From: an uncultured Gammaproteobacteria bacterium | GTDB taxonomy: Bacteria > Patescibacteriota > Microgenomatia > UBA8517 | Reading direction: 5' to 3' | NCBI GenBank assembly: GCA_964395115.1 | Contig: CAYMZX010000003.1 | Coordinates: 14,111 to 78,110, forward strand | DNA length: 64,000 bases | Shown here: positions 18,311 through 28,667 of the stretch, in pieces | Layout: each line of letters begins with the position of its first letter | Numbering within the stretch: the stretch's first letter is position 1 | Program-made: the position numbers and the translations under genes | Notes under the pieces: model-generated | The model's database searches: none | What the model saw: only the letters and a program-made list of their open reading frames with translations | What the model was told of the DNA's origin: nothing

Positions 18311-20426
18311 GCCAAGAAGCCCCTATCAAAGTAGGGGAGTCGAACCTTTCACGTCCTCGCTGCCAGATGGTTTCGGTGACAAAAGGCATGAGGGGATGGA
18401 GAAGTTTTAAGCTTTCTTGTAAGACATATTCTAAATTTTTCTGAGAATCTTCACGACGTTTTTTTGTTTTTTCTAGATAGTCGTCGGCAAATTTGTGCCA
18501 GATAAAATTATATATTTCTTCAGCGGCGTCATTTAGTCGATATCTTTCATAGGCCCTTGTCGTTTTCTTGATTGTTTTTTTAAGCTCTTCAATGATCCAA
18601 ATATCGTCTTTGTCTTTTTTTGCTTTTTCCCCCGCGGGTTTTGAAAATACATAACGAGCAATGTTCCACAGTTTGTTGGCAAAGTTCCGCTGGCCACGAA
18701 TATTGTCTTCGGACAAAGATATATCGTTTTCAATTAGAGCTCCCCAGATTAGCCCCATTCTTAAAGCGTCCGCTCCGTATTTCATAATCATTTCCATTGG
18801 ATCAATAACATTTCCTTTAGATTTTGAAATTTTCTGACCCTCCTTATCCCTGACAAGACCATGAATCAGTACTTTTTCGAAAGGCACCGCGCCGGTTGCA
18901 TAAAGCCCGAGCATTATCATTCTTATCACCCAAAAAGGAATAATATCGTATGCGGTTTCCATCAACGAGGTAGGATAAAAATATTTAAAGTCGTCGGTTG
19001 TGGGAATGTTGATTATTAATCTTGATTTGTCATTTTTTGTTTTTGGTTTCGAACAACTCAAAAGCGTAGCAAACGGCCATTGGCTGGAAGAAAACCAAGT
19101 ATCAAAAGTGTCTACGTCTTGGACGATTTTTTTGCCTCGGCAGTACCGGCATTCTACTGGAGTTTCTCCCTCGGTAACCGTCCACTCTAGACATTTTTGG
19201 CAACGAAAGGCGGGAATACGAATACCCCAAACAATTTGTCTGCTAATGTTCCAATCCTTAAGGTTCCTCAGCCAGTGTTTGGCAACTTTTTCAAATCTAG
19301 GAGATAGGAAAGTAACTCTTTTTTCCTTTATCGCCGCCAGTGCCCTATTGGCAAGGGGGGCAACTTTGATAAACCATTGCTTACAGATTAAAGGCTCAAT
19401 AATAGTTTTATCTCGGTAACAGACATTGACAAGGTGATGGATAGTTTCTCTCTTTAAGATTTTTCCGGCCCTTTCAAGATCATTAACGACTTCTCTACGG
19501 GCATCTGATGCCTTCAATCCGATATATTTTTTAGGTAGATTAATCATTTTTCCTTCATTATCGATTACGGTAATTATGGGCAGATTATGTTTTTTGCCAA
19601 TTTCAAAATCGGTGGCATCGTGGCCTGGGGTTATCTTGAGGGCGCCGGTTCCAAAGTCGATGTCGACAAGGGGATCGGCGATAATCGGAAGTTCTCTTTT
19701 AACTAAAGGCAGAATTGCCCTTTTGCCAATAAGGTTTTTGTATCTAGGGTCTTTGGGGTTAACGGCAATGGCAACATCGGCAAAAATTGTTTCCGGCCGG
19801 GTAGTAGCCACCTTAACCGGACCATAATCGAGATAATAAAGCAGATCGTCTTTTTCGATAATGTCTACTTCGAGCTGAGAATAAGCTGTTCCACAGCGGG
19901 GGCAATAATTGATGATTTTTTCCCCTCGATAAATAAGTCCATCGTCATAAAGTTTTTTGAAAGTCTTATAAACTATTTTTATTATATCTGGGTCCAATGT
20001 AAATTTATTTCTCGACCAGTCGCAGGAAGCACCTAGGGCGCGAAGCTGAGACTCCATATTTTTTTTGTTCTTCTGGACATATTCCCAAATCATTTGATAA
20101 AGAGACTCCCTGTTAAAATCAAAACGACTACGCCCCTCTTTTTCTAGCTTTTTCTCAAAAACATACTGGGTTTCTATCCCGGCATGGTCGGCGCCCGGAA
20201 GCCAAAGGGTCGGTTCGCCCCTCATGCGGTGATACCGAGTTATGGCGTCCTGAATTGTAACAAATCTGGCGTGGCCGATATGAAGATTGTCGTTGGCATT
20301 GGGGGGCGGCATGATCATACAAAAGGGTTTTCGTTTGGGATTCTTCTTTGGACTAAAAACCCCCGACTGCTCCCATAATTTATAAATTTCCAACCCAAAT
20401 TTTTGATGGTCGAATGTTTTGTCCAT
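18294..20426 (-). CDS. valS: Valyl-tRNA synthetase (no C-terminal coiled coil)
   Basis: PPPNANDNLHIGHA, ATTRPET, DWNISRQIVWG, KISKSKGN; likely start ATG 20426. Confidence 0.96.
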   Translation of the reverse strand: MDKTFDHQKFGLEIYKLWEQSGVFSPKKNPKRKPFCMIMPPPNANDNLHIGHARFVTIQDAITRYHRMRGEPTLWLPGADHAGIETQYVFEKKLEKEGRSRFDFNRESLYQMIWEYVQKNKKNMESQLRALGASCDWSRNKFTLDPDIIKIVYKTFKKLYDDGLIYRGEKIINYCPRCGTAYSQLEVDIIEKDDLLYYLDYGPVKVATTRPETIFADVAIAVNPKDPRYKNLIGKRAILPLVKRELPIIADPLVDIDFGTGALKITPGHDATDFEIGKKHNLPIITVIDNEGKMINLPKKYIGLKASDARREVVNDLERAGKILKRETIHHLVNVCYRDKTIIEPLICKQWFIKVAPLANRALAAIKEKRVTFLSPRFEKVAKHWLRNLKDWNISRQIVWGIRIPAFRCQKCLEWTVTEGETPVECRYCRGKKIVQDVDTFDTWFSSSQWPFATLLSCSKPKTKNDKSRLIINIPTTDDFKYFYPTSLMETAYDIIPFWVIRMIMLGLYATGAVPFEKVLIHGLVRDKEGQKISKSKGNVIDPMEMIMKYGADALRMGLIWGALIENDISLSEDNIRGQRNFANKLWNIARYVFSKPAGEKAKKDKDDIWIIEELKKTIKKTTRAYERYRLNDAAEEIYNFIWHKFADDYLEKTKKRREDSQKNLEYVLQESLKLLHPLMPFVTETIWQRGRERFDSPTLIGASWPKSED

Positions 20427-20441
20427 TCTAGGCAAAGTATA

Positions 20442-21473
20442 CTAGACTTGGCCGGCAATTGATAATTCGGGGTTGGTTTTGATGTTCCACCACGGAGCGG
20501 GGTGATAATTATAATATGCACAAGCCGCCACGTAGGCAGCATTATCCGTACACAGATTTGGTTCGGGAACTCTAAATTCAATTTTCAATTTAGAATTCTC
20601 GATTCTTTGCATAAAAACCTGACGCAAGCGGGAATTGGCCGAAACCCCGCCCGCGAGGAGAAGAGATTTGGGGCTGAATTTTTTAACCGCGTTCAGGGTT
20701 TTCTTCACTAAAACATCAACAATTGCTTCTTGAATCTCCGCTGCCAGCCTTTCTCTTGGAATTTTGGAGTCAGGATTTTGGACCTCTCTTAAAACGGCAG
20801 TTTTTAGACCCGAAAAACTAAAATCAAAGTTGTCTTCGTCTATCATTGGCCGGGGAAACATCTGTAATTCGTTGTCGGTCAAAGATGGTTCGCTCTGCGA
20901 CTGAACTTTAGACGCCTCGAGGGCTAGTGCTGGCCCGCCAGGATAGGGAAGGCCCAAAAGCCTGGCGGTTTTATCGAAAGCCTCGCCGGCAGCATCATCC
21001 TTCGTCCCTCCTACCCAGCGAATATGACCGTGTCGTTTTATGTACACAAGATCCGTATGTCCGCCCGAAACAACCAGGGCCAGAAGAGGAAAAACAGGTG
21101 CCGGACGGTTTAGCCAATTAGCATAAATATGAGCAAGCAAATGGTTTATGGGAATAAGCGGCTTTTTGTAGAGATAGGCAAGGACTTTAGCGGCCTCAAC
21201 GCCAACTAGTAAAGAACCCATTAGTCCCGGACCGGAGGTAACTGCAACAGCATCAATCTCCGCCATCCGGCATTTGGCGCAGGTAATGGCACCTTCAATT
21301 ACCGGCAAAATGCTTTTGACCTGTTGTCGAGCCGCGTTTTCGGGTATAATTCCTCCCGTCCCAGCGTGAGTTTCGGCCGAGGAAGCAACTACATTAGATA
21401 AGATTTTTTCTCCATTTAAAACAACCGCGGCAGCCGTTTCGTCACATGATGTCTCGATTCCTAAAATTTTCAT
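20442..21473 (-). CDS. tsaD: tRNA N6-threonylcarbamoyltransferase
   Basis: ILGIETSCDET, NHLLAH, VSGGHT, GEAFDK, FSFSGLKT, TDNAA. Confidence 0.97.
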   Translation of the reverse strand: MKILGIETSCDETAAAVVLNGEKILSNVVASSAETHAGTGGIIPENAARQQVKSILPVIEGAITCAKCRMAEIDAVAVTSGPGLMGSLLVGVEAAKVLAYLYKKPLIPINHLLAHIYANWLNRPAPVFPLLALVVSGGHTDLVYIKRHGHIRWVGGTKDDAAGEAFDKTARLLGLPYPGGPALALEASKVQSQSEPSLTDNELQMFPRPMIDEDNFDFSFSGLKTAVLREVQNPDSKIPRERLAAEIQEAIVDVLVKKTLNAVKKFSPKSLLLAGGVSANSRLRQVFMQRIENSKLKIEFRVPEPNLCTDNAAYVAACAYYNYHPAPWWNIKTNPELSIAGQV

Positions 21474-21510
21474 CTTGTCTCTGAATTATACTATGTGAGA
21501 AACTTATATA

Positions 21511-22029
21511 ATGTTTCACAGGAAGGAAGCAGAACCATTAGTAGGAGTATTTTCAAGGGCGTGGGCCTTCGAGCCATCACTTCCAGGGGTTTGTAGGCAA
21601 GACTCGAAACTTCGTTGCGGGGTTCTTAAAACCCAACTTTCCTACGGCCTTCGAAAATTTCTTGAGTTACCCAGAAAAAGAAATTATTTAGTTAATATTG
21701 GCGTTTCTGCCCAAGACGGTAATGACGAAAGCACTGCCCAAATATTTGTTGCCACCGAGGGTGCAAGTGCCACATTTTTAGTTAGAGCAAAGAAACAAAA
21801 GAAAGAAGAGAGAATGACAACGGGGTTAATCAGGCATTTGAGGGTAGAAAGAACTTTCCGGGACGGAACCGGCGATATCGAACCTGTTGCCGAGGAACAG
21901 AAAGTCTATGTCGAAGCATTAAAATCGGTTTTGCGCCTATTAGACGACAATATCAAAAAGCTGGAACAACCATCACTTTGTCGGACCTGTCCCGCGCAAA
22001 AAAACAGCCTGCCAAGGTTGATAGTTTGA
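21511..22029 (+). CDS. Hypothetical protein
   Basis: Fills the tsaD-vanW gap; the last 57 nt overlap the vanW 3' end; no motif recognised. Confidence 0.5.
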   Translation: MFHRKEAEPLVGVFSRAWAFEPSLPGVCRQDSKLRCGVLKTQLSYGLRKFLELPRKRNYLVNIGVSAQDGNDESTAQIFVATEGASATFLVRAKKQKKEERMTTGLIRHLRVERTFRDGTGDIEPVAEEQKVYVEALKSVLRLLDDNIKKLEQPSLCRTCPAQKNSLPRLIV

Positions 22030-23757
22030 AACGAAAGCTTTTTGGAAAAGGATTTTTCCATCCCTTTCCACTTTGTAATTAAATGTTGTTTTTGCCCCCC
22101 ATGCCTTGTACTCAACTTGTTTAATTGTGCCTAACGGCAAGCTCGGATCCTCTATAAAGAGATCCTCCGGCGGGGGAACAATATCGGTAACGACCGGCTT
22201 GGAGACTGTAGCCACCCTTCCATCCTTCGAACCGTAAATTTCAAAAACTAGCGTTGCTTTTCGAGTATCGATTACTGGCTGAATCAATAGATAGCTGTCA
22301 GTGTCATTTTTAAATTTCAAGTCGGTTGTCGGAGCATAAACAGTAGCATCAATTCCCGGGGGCGAATCTTGTTCATAATATCCAACTCGATAGGAATGGG
22401 CACGCCTCTCAATTATGGGTAAGCCGGCGTTCAGAGCCGCCCGGAAGAGAGTGGTAGAAACTTGACAAACCCCACCGCCATCCCCTAGAATAGTTTTTCC
22501 GTCTTTAATAATGTAAGCCTGCTTATAACCAGTAAAAACGGAGACATCACCAAGGGTCTTATTAAAGGAAAAAATCTCCCCCGGCTTTATCAAGACGCCC
22601 TTAAATCTGGAAGAGGCTAAGTTAATGTTATAAATTCTATTGGGAATAGACCCAACAAAACGGGACGATCCTCGACCGATTAGCTCCTTAATCCCTAAAT
22701 TATTGATATCGCCCGTTTGAATTTTGGGGGCCATTTTTTCGACCGGTACATCGAAAGAAAGGATTTTCTCATCAGAGGTTTCGAGGGTTCTCAGGTTGCC
22801 GCGGATCATATCTTTCAAAAAATCTTTTTTGACGAGAAGACCATCCTTGGCCGGAATGAACTCCTTAACCCTGCCTTCTTTACCTTCCAAAGACGGTAGG
22901 AAAACAAATACAGGCTCTTGGGGTTCTCGGTTGATTTGGGACGCGATTTCCTCGACAGTAATTTCAAGTAAGGCCTCAACGTATTCATTTTTCGGATCAA
23001 GAAATTTAAATAACGAACTGTCTTTATAAACGAAAGTCTGATCTTCAAACATTATGACCAGCGACTTTCCAATAAGTTTTTTTGCTCTCGCCTCAAAAAT
23101 TTTTGCCTCCTCTTCGCTTAATGAAGGATCGATGGAGTTTAAGGGCAGAGAGATTGGACCACCGCTGGCGTAGGCAAGGGCTTTTCCAATTTCTGCTTTC
23201 AGTAGGCGAGTATTAAGCGTTATACCCGGAGATCCCACACTGACAACAATCTCTTTTCCAACAAGTTTTGCCGAAGGATAAACGGGATCAATCGTTATTT
23301 GGCCGGCAATAACCGCTACGGCTTCCTCGAGCTTTTCTTCGTCGAGATTTAATCTAATCCCCAGATTTTCGGGATAGAAAAGGAGACTTATCCTTTTCCA
23401 AAAATCATAAATAAAATTGCCAGTCCTCACAAAGTCGTGCGCATACCAAGTAGATTTGAGAAAATCATATTTGAGGTCTACCTCCTCAGTCGCCAGCTCG
23501 AAAGTTTGCCCGCCTCCGACAATCAGAATTTTTTCTGGAACAGTAATTTTTTTTGATAACTCTTCGGCAGCCGCTTGAGGATATTTTCCCGAAACTGGAA
23601 TTCCGCCAATGTAAACATTTGGGAAAATTAGCCCCCAGAAGTAAATATTATAGAAAAAAATAAGCAGCAGAAAAAATGTTGTAATTGAGTAGAAAACAAT
23701 AACGACCGATTTTTTTCTTGACTTTTTCCCCCCTAAAATATTCTTTAGTATCTTCAT
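21973..23757 (-). CDS. VanW-family protein with PG-binding (YoaR-like) region
   Basis: N-terminal TM; FSFNKTLG, GGGVCQVSTTLFRAALNAGLPIIERRAHSY, DATV, DLKFKN. Confidence 0.92.
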   Translation of the reverse strand: MKILKNILGGKKSRKKSVVIVFYSITTFFLLLIFFYNIYFWGLIFPNVYIGGIPVSGKYPQAAAEELSKKITVPEKILIVGGGQTFELATEEVDLKYDFLKSTWYAHDFVRTGNFIYDFWKRISLLFYPENLGIRLNLDEEKLEEAVAVIAGQITIDPVYPSAKLVGKEIVVSVGSPGITLNTRLLKAEIGKALAYASGGPISLPLNSIDPSLSEEEAKIFEARAKKLIGKSLVIMFEDQTFVYKDSSLFKFLDPKNEYVEALLEITVEEIASQINREPQEPVFVFLPSLEGKEGRVKEFIPAKDGLLVKKDFLKDMIRGNLRTLETSDEKILSFDVPVEKMAPKIQTGDINNLGIKELIGRGSSRFVGSIPNRIYNINLASSRFKGVLIKPGEIFSFNKTLGDVSVFTGYKQAYIIKDGKTILGDGGGVCQVSTTLFRAALNAGLPIIERRAHSYRVGYYEQDSPPGIDATVYAPTTDLKFKNDTDSYLLIQPVIDTRKATLVFEIYGSKDGRVATVSKPVVTDIVPPPEDLFIEDPSLPLGTIKQVEYKAWGAKTTFNYKVERDGKILFQKAFVSNYQPWQAVFLRGTGPTK

Positions 23758-23787
23758 AAATGTATGATAACATTAACTTAGGCGCCG

Positions 23788-25212
23788 ATGGATCAAACTA
23801 ATAACTTGCCAACTTCAACTATGCCCCCGGTGGAAGCATATAGACAGACGGGAGGTCAAGAGCAAGCCGCACCTCAGCGGGTGGTAACGCCGCCCCCTCC
23901 TAAAAAAAGCACCTTAAAAAAGGTACTAATTGTTGCGGCTCTTTTTTTGGCGGTAATAATTAGCTATTTAGGGGCGAGAACAGCACTTTCAAAAATTCGG
24001 GGTGGGGGAGAGGTTAAACTCAGCTGGTGGGGACTTTGGGAAGATGAATCGGTAGTGGCCCCCTTAATTGCCGAATATCAACAAAGAAATCCAAAGGTAA
24101 AAATAACTTATATCAAACAATCCCCACAAGACTATCGAGAGCGATTGACAAATGCGCTGGCAAGAGGAGAAGGCCCCGACATTTTCAGGTTCCACAATAC
24201 TTGGGTGCCGATGTTCAGAGAAGAACTATCTTCAATCCCAGCTTCGGTAATGACCGCCAGCGAGTTTGCTCAGGTTTTTTATCCTGTGATGACTGCTGAT
24301 TTAACTAGCGGGGCGGGACTGGTTGGTATCCCTTTGATGTATGACGGCTTGACGCTTTATATCAATGAGGAAATTTTTGAAAGAAGCGGCAAGGCCCCGC
24401 CAACCACATGGGACGACTTGAGACAATTAGCTAAACAACTTACCATTAAGGACGAACAAGGGACAATCATCCAAGCGGGGATTGCCCTTGGAAGAACAGA
24501 AAATGTTGATCACTGGCCGGAGATTTTGGCGTTGATGATGCTCCAAAACGGCGTTTCGCTTTCCGATCTAACGGGAAAGTTAGCCGAAGACGCCTTGGTT
24601 TTTTTTACGCTTTTTTCCTCGATAGACGGTGTTTGGGATGCCTCCCTGCCTCCGTCAACAATTGCCTTCGCGAGCGGAAAGCTGGCAATGTATTTTGCCC
24701 CCAGCTGGAGAGTTTTTGAAATAAAGCAACAAAATCCAAATCTAAGATTTAAAACCGTTCCCCTTCCACAATTGGCCAAGGGAAGCCCCGAAGAGACGGA
24801 TATTTCGTATGCAACATATTGGGTTGAAGGAGTTTGGTCTCGCAGTAAAAATAGAGATGCCGCCTGGGAATTCTTGAAATTTATTTCGAGCAGAGAGTCT
24901 TTGGAGAAAATGTATCAGATTGCCTCAAATCAAAGATTATTTGGTGAGCCCTATCCTCGAACAGAAATGGCCTCCTTACTGGCTGACGACCTTGTTTTAG
25001 GGAGTATTATTTTTCAAGCTCCAAACGCCCAGAGTTGGTATCTTGTGTCGAGGACATTTGATGGCCCGACCGGTATAAATTCGCAAATAATCAAATATTT
25101 TGAAGATGCCATTAACGCTGTAAATAGCGGTAGCCAGGTTAATAAAGCTCTCGAAACCGCCGCCGCCGGAGTCAATCAGGTACTTTCCCAGTACGGAATT
25201 TCAGTACGCTGA
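23788..25212 (+). CDS. Extracellular solute-binding protein, family 1 (sugar type), TM-anchored
   Basis: LSWWGLWE, GEGPDIF, PTTWDDL, FASGKLAM, AAWEFLKF. Confidence 0.88.
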   Translation: MDQTNNLPTSTMPPVEAYRQTGGQEQAAPQRVVTPPPPKKSTLKKVLIVAALFLAVIISYLGARTALSKIRGGGEVKLSWWGLWEDESVVAPLIAEYQQRNPKVKITYIKQSPQDYRERLTNALARGEGPDIFRFHNTWVPMFREELSSIPASVMTASEFAQVFYPVMTADLTSGAGLVGIPLMYDGLTLYINEEIFERSGKAPPTTWDDLRQLAKQLTIKDEQGTIIQAGIALGRTENVDHWPEILALMMLQNGVSLSDLTGKLAEDALVFFTLFSSIDGVWDASLPPSTIAFASGKLAMYFAPSWRVFEIKQQNPNLRFKTVPLPQLAKGSPEETDISYATYWVEGVWSRSKNRDAAWEFLKFISSRESLEKMYQIASNQRLFGEPYPRTEMASLLADDLVLGSIIFQAPNAQSWYLVSRTFDGPTGINSQIIKYFEDAINAVNSGSQVNKALETAAAGVNQVLSQYGISVR

Positions 25213-25217
25213 TTAGA

Positions 25218-26117
25218 ATGTTATTTTTCCCGAAGATTTATCCCGCTAAAAGACTCGAAAAGAAAATGCTCGCCGCAGTTTTTTATCACGATATTTTTGA
25301 TTACCCACTGACGGCTAGGGAGTTAATAAAATGGCAAGCGGGAGAGAAGATAAATATTGACAAGAAAATAATTGTTGATTCCAAAAAAGGTTTTTATTTT
25401 TTGAGAGACAGTCGGGGCCTAATTACAAAAAGGCTTTTGAGAAAAAGATTTTCCGCCCAGAAAATGAAAAAAGCCCGAAAAGCCGGGAAGATATTAAATT
25501 TCATACCAACGATAAAGATGGTTGGAGTAACCGGAGCGCTGGCGATGGAAAACGCTCCCCAAGAGGCAGATATCGACCTCCTTTTCATTACTCAAAAAGG
25601 CTTTCTTTGGACAAGCCGTCTAATAGTCCTCCTTCTTTTAAAACTGACAAGATTCCCATTGAGAAAATTTGGAGATAAACAGCAGAAAGACAAGCTTTGT
25701 CTAAATATGTGGATAGACGAAAGAGATTTAGTTTGGCCGGCTAACGACAGAAATGCCTATACTGCCCATGAAATTGCCCAAATAATCCCCTTAATAAATA
25801 GAGATAATGCCTACGAAAAGCTTATTTGGAAAAATAGGTGGATTCTAGATTATTGGCCCTCGGCCGTTAGAATACCAAAAGTAAACTTTAGAAATCAAAA
25901 ATCTAAATCAAAATCTGAAAACCCATCCAATCCTGTTTTGAAAGCATCTTTTCTGCCTATGGCGTCATTTTTGTCAAAATTGATTGAACCAGTTGCTTAT
26001 CGGTTACAATATTTGTACATGAAGAAAAAAATCACCCGCGAGGTAGTTACTCCCACGCGGGCCATTTTTCATCCATATGACTGGGGAAACATTGTTCGGT
26101 CCAGATTAACCTCTTGA
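25218..26117 (+). CDS. Pol-beta-superfamily nucleotidyltransferase-like protein
   Basis: VTGALAMENAPQEADIDLLFI (G[S/A]...DxD motif). Confidence 0.7.
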   Translation: MLFFPKIYPAKRLEKKMLAAVFYHDIFDYPLTARELIKWQAGEKINIDKKIIVDSKKGFYFLRDSRGLITKRLLRKRFSAQKMKKARKAGKILNFIPTIKMVGVTGALAMENAPQEADIDLLFITQKGFLWTSRLIVLLLLKLTRFPLRKFGDKQQKDKLCLNMWIDERDLVWPANDRNAYTAHEIAQIIPLINRDNAYEKLIWKNRWILDYWPSAVRIPKVNFRNQKSKSKSENPSNPVLKASFLPMASFLSKLIEPVAYRLQYLYMKKKITREVVTPTRAIFHPYDWGNIVRSRLTS

Positions 26118-26167
26118 CAGAGCAAAAACTTATAGCTAAAATAGCACTCACTGTTAGTAATTGCTAA
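26114..26167 (+). promoter_or_regulatory. sigma70 promoter and CIRCE (HrcA operator) of groES-groEL
   Basis: TTGACA 26114-26119, 17 nt, TAAAAT 26137-26142; ATAGCACTC-N9-AATTGCTAA at 26141-26167 versus consensus TTAGCACTC-N9-GAGTGCTAA. Confidence 0.85.
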
Positions 26168-26182
26168 CAGTTTCTTGGTTAT

Positions 26183-26494
26183 ATGTCGAGAAAAACATCA
26201 ACGAAATTAAATCTCCATCCGACTGCTGGATATCTTCTCATAGAACCTCTGGAGGCGGAAGAAAAAACCGCTGCGGGTATCTATCTTCCTGAATCAGTCA
26301 CCGAGAAACCCCAGAAAGGAAAAGTCTTATCCGTTGGACCAGAAGAAATAACAGAATCGGGTCTCAAAAGACAGCCCCCGGCGAAAAAAGGAGATGTTGT
26401 TATTTATAAAAAATGGGGGGGCAATGAAGTCAAAATCGGGAATAAGGAATATTTATTTGCTAAATTTGAGGATATTTTGGCCATTGAAAGCTAA
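26183..26494 (+). CDS. groES: Co-chaperonin GroES
   Basis: [13 protein letters not shown]...[18 protein letters not shown]. Confidence 0.97.
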   Translation: MSRKTSTKLNLHPTAGYLLIEPLEAEEKTAAGIYLPESVTEKPQKGKVLSVGPEEITESGLKRQPPAKKGDVVIYKKWGGNEVKIGNKEYLFAKFEDILAIES

Positions 26495-26496
26495 TT

Positions 26497-28122
26497 ATGG
26501 CAAAGCAACTTAAATTTTCAGATGAAGCAAGACAGTCCCTGATGAGGGGCATCGATAGTGTGGCCAAGGCGGTAGTAACGACTCTTGGGCCAAAGGGGAG
26601 AAATATTGCTTTGGATAAAAAATGGGGCGCTCCGAACATAGTCCATGATGGGGTATCAGTAGCTAAAGAGATCGATCTGGCCGACCCCTTCGAAAACATG
26701 GGGGCCCAGCTTGTCAAAGAAGCGGCCAGTAAGACAAACGATTCTGCGGGAGACGGAACAACAACCGCCACCCTTCTTGCCCAAGTCATGACTTCGTTGG
26801 GAATGAAAAACATTACGGCTGGTGCAAACCCGATGATTATTAAGAGAGGAATAGAAAAATCGGTGGCCGCCGTTATCGAAGAACTTAAAAAGATAGCCAA
26901 GCCCATCAAAAATAGACAGGAAATAACCCAGGTGGCAACTGTCTCGGCAGGGGATGCCGAAATTGGAGCAAAAATTGCCGAAGCACTGGATAAAGTTGGT
27001 CGTGATGGAGTGGTCACGGTTGAAGAGGGAAAAGGTCTGACTATCGATATTGAATACAAAGAAGGGATGGAGTTTGACAGGGGTTACGCCTCAGCCTATT
27101 TTGTTACCAACCCGGAGAAAATGGAAGCGGAGGTAGAAGATGCCTATATATTGTTGACGGACAAAAAGATTTCTTCGATTCAGGACCTGCTTCCCTTTTT
27201 AGAGAAATTTGTCAAGGTTTCAAAAAACCTCGTAATTATTGCCGATGAAATTGAGGGCGAAGCCCTGGCAACATTGGTTGTTAATAAACTAAGGGGTGCC
27301 TTTAATATTTTGGCAATTAAAGCTCCCGGATTTGGCGACAGGCGTAAAGAAATGCTCGAGGATATAGCTATATTGACCGGCGGCACGGTGGTTAGCGAAG
27401 ACACTGGAAGAACATTCGAATCACTTGAAGTGGAAGAGCTGGGCAAAGCAGACAAAGTCTGGGCCGATAAAGAAAACGCTAGGATAATTGGAGGAAAGGG
27501 AGAAAAGTCGGCAATCAATTCCAGAATTGCTTCGATCAAAAGACAAATAGAAGAAACCGACTCGGATTTTGATAGAGAAAAACTGGAAGAGCGCCTGGCT
27601 AAACTTTCGGGTGGGGTGGCCCAAATAAATGTGGGAGCTGCCACAGAGATCGAACTTAACGAAAAGAAAGAAAGAGTCAAGGACGCTGTCGGTGCAACCA
27701 AGGCGGCCATCGAAGAAGGAATATTACCGGGTGGAGGGGTCGCATTACTTAAAGCCAGGAAGATATTGAAAAATATGCCAGTACCGGGAGGTGCCAATAG
27801 CAAAGACGAGCAGACAGCTAGGGATATTGTCTACGAAGCTCTGGAGCAACCATTGCGCTGGTTAGCAAAAAACGCCGGCGAGGACGATGGTTATGTCCTC
27901 AAGAAAATTGAAGAAGCTACGGATGAAGATTTTGGCTTTAACGCCCTAACCGGAGAATTTGGTTCAATGACTAAATTTGGGATATTGGACCCCCTTAAAG
28001 TTACCAGAAGCGCAATTCAAAATGCTGCCTCGGTAGCGATGATGGTACTGACCACGGAGGGTCTAGTTACAGATATTCCTGAAGAAAAGAAAGAGTCTCC
28101 AGCCCCCGCACCGGAGTATTAG
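26497..28122 (+). CDS. groEL: Chaperonin GroEL
   Basis: [37 protein letters not shown]. Confidence 0.99.
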   Translation: MAKQLKFSDEARQSLMRGIDSVAKAVVTTLGPKGRNIALDKKWGAPNIVHDGVSVAKEIDLADPFENMGAQLVKEAASKTNDSAGDGTTTATLLAQVMTSLGMKNITAGANPMIIKRGIEKSVAAVIEELKKIAKPIKNRQEITQVATVSAGDAEIGAKIAEALDKVGRDGVVTVEEGKGLTIDIEYKEGMEFDRGYASAYFVTNPEKMEAEVEDAYILLTDKKISSIQDLLPFLEKFVKVSKNLVIIADEIEGEALATLVVNKLRGAFNILAIKAPGFGDRRKEMLEDIAILTGGTVVSEDTGRTFESLEVEELGKADKVWADKENARIIGGKGEKSAINSRIASIKRQIEETDSDFDREKLEERLAKLSGGVAQINVGAATEIELNEKKERVKDAVGATKAAIEEGILPGGGVALLKARKILKNMPVPGGANSKDEQTARDIVYEALEQPLRWLAKNAGEDDGYVLKKIEEATDEDFGFNALTGEFGSMTKFGILDPLKVTRSAIQNAASVAMMVLTTEGLVTDIPEEKKESPAPAPEY

Positions 28123-28133
28123 ACTGTCACCTA

Positions 28134-28667
28134 ATGACAACAGAGCGGTTCCCCGAAAGAAATAATCGTCAGGTCCAACAAGCCACATTATGTTTCTTAA
28201 TGGAAGGAGATCAGATTTTATTGGCAATGAAGAAAAGAGGTTTTGGGGCGGGTTTTTGGAACGGAGTAGGCGGGAAAGCCAAACTAGGAGAATCAGTGTC
28301 AATAGCGGTTCGCAGAGAGGCTTGGGAGGAAATAGGAATACACGTTATTGAGGCGGAAAAAGTTGCCCTTTTACATTTTTACTTCCCTGAGGATGAAGGG
28401 AAAAAAGATTGGAATCAAGATGTTCATGTTTTCTTTATTAAAAGATGGTTGGGTAAGCCGAAGGAGAGCGAGGAAATGAATCCTCAGTGGTTTAAAATTG
28501 ACGATCTTCCTTTCGAAGAAATGTGGGCTGATGATCGTTTCTGGTTACCGAGGGTGTTGTTAGGAGAGAAGATAGAGGGATGGTTTCGTTTTGATGAGAA
28601 GACTGGGCTTCTGGATCAAGAAATCAAAAATGTGGAAGAAGGCGGAAAAATTTTTGGCGAAGGATAA
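28134..28667 (+). CDS. NUDIX hydrolase, MTH1/8-oxo-dGTPase-like
   Basis: KKRGFGAGFWNGVGGK...RREAWEEIG, ESEEMNPQWF, MWADD. Confidence 0.88.
   Translation: MTTERFPERNNRQVQQATLCFLMEGDQILLAMKKRGFGAGFWNGVGGKAKLGESVSIAVRREAWEEIGIHVIEAEKVALLHFYFPEDEGKKDWNQDVHVFFIKRWLGKPKESEEMNPQWFKIDDLPFEEMWADDRFWLPRVLLGEKIEGWFRFDEKTGLLDQEIKNVEEGGKIFGEG

Noticed and set aside
21973-23757. Vancomycin resistance locus
   Set aside because: VanW-family proteins are widespread, and no vanHAX or vanRS genes are present
26460-27803. Long antisense ORFs (199 and 207 aa) opposite groEL, and similar ones opposite virB4, dnaK, clpB and the FN3 gene
   Set aside because: Shadow frames of conserved genes, with no independent motifs or start signals
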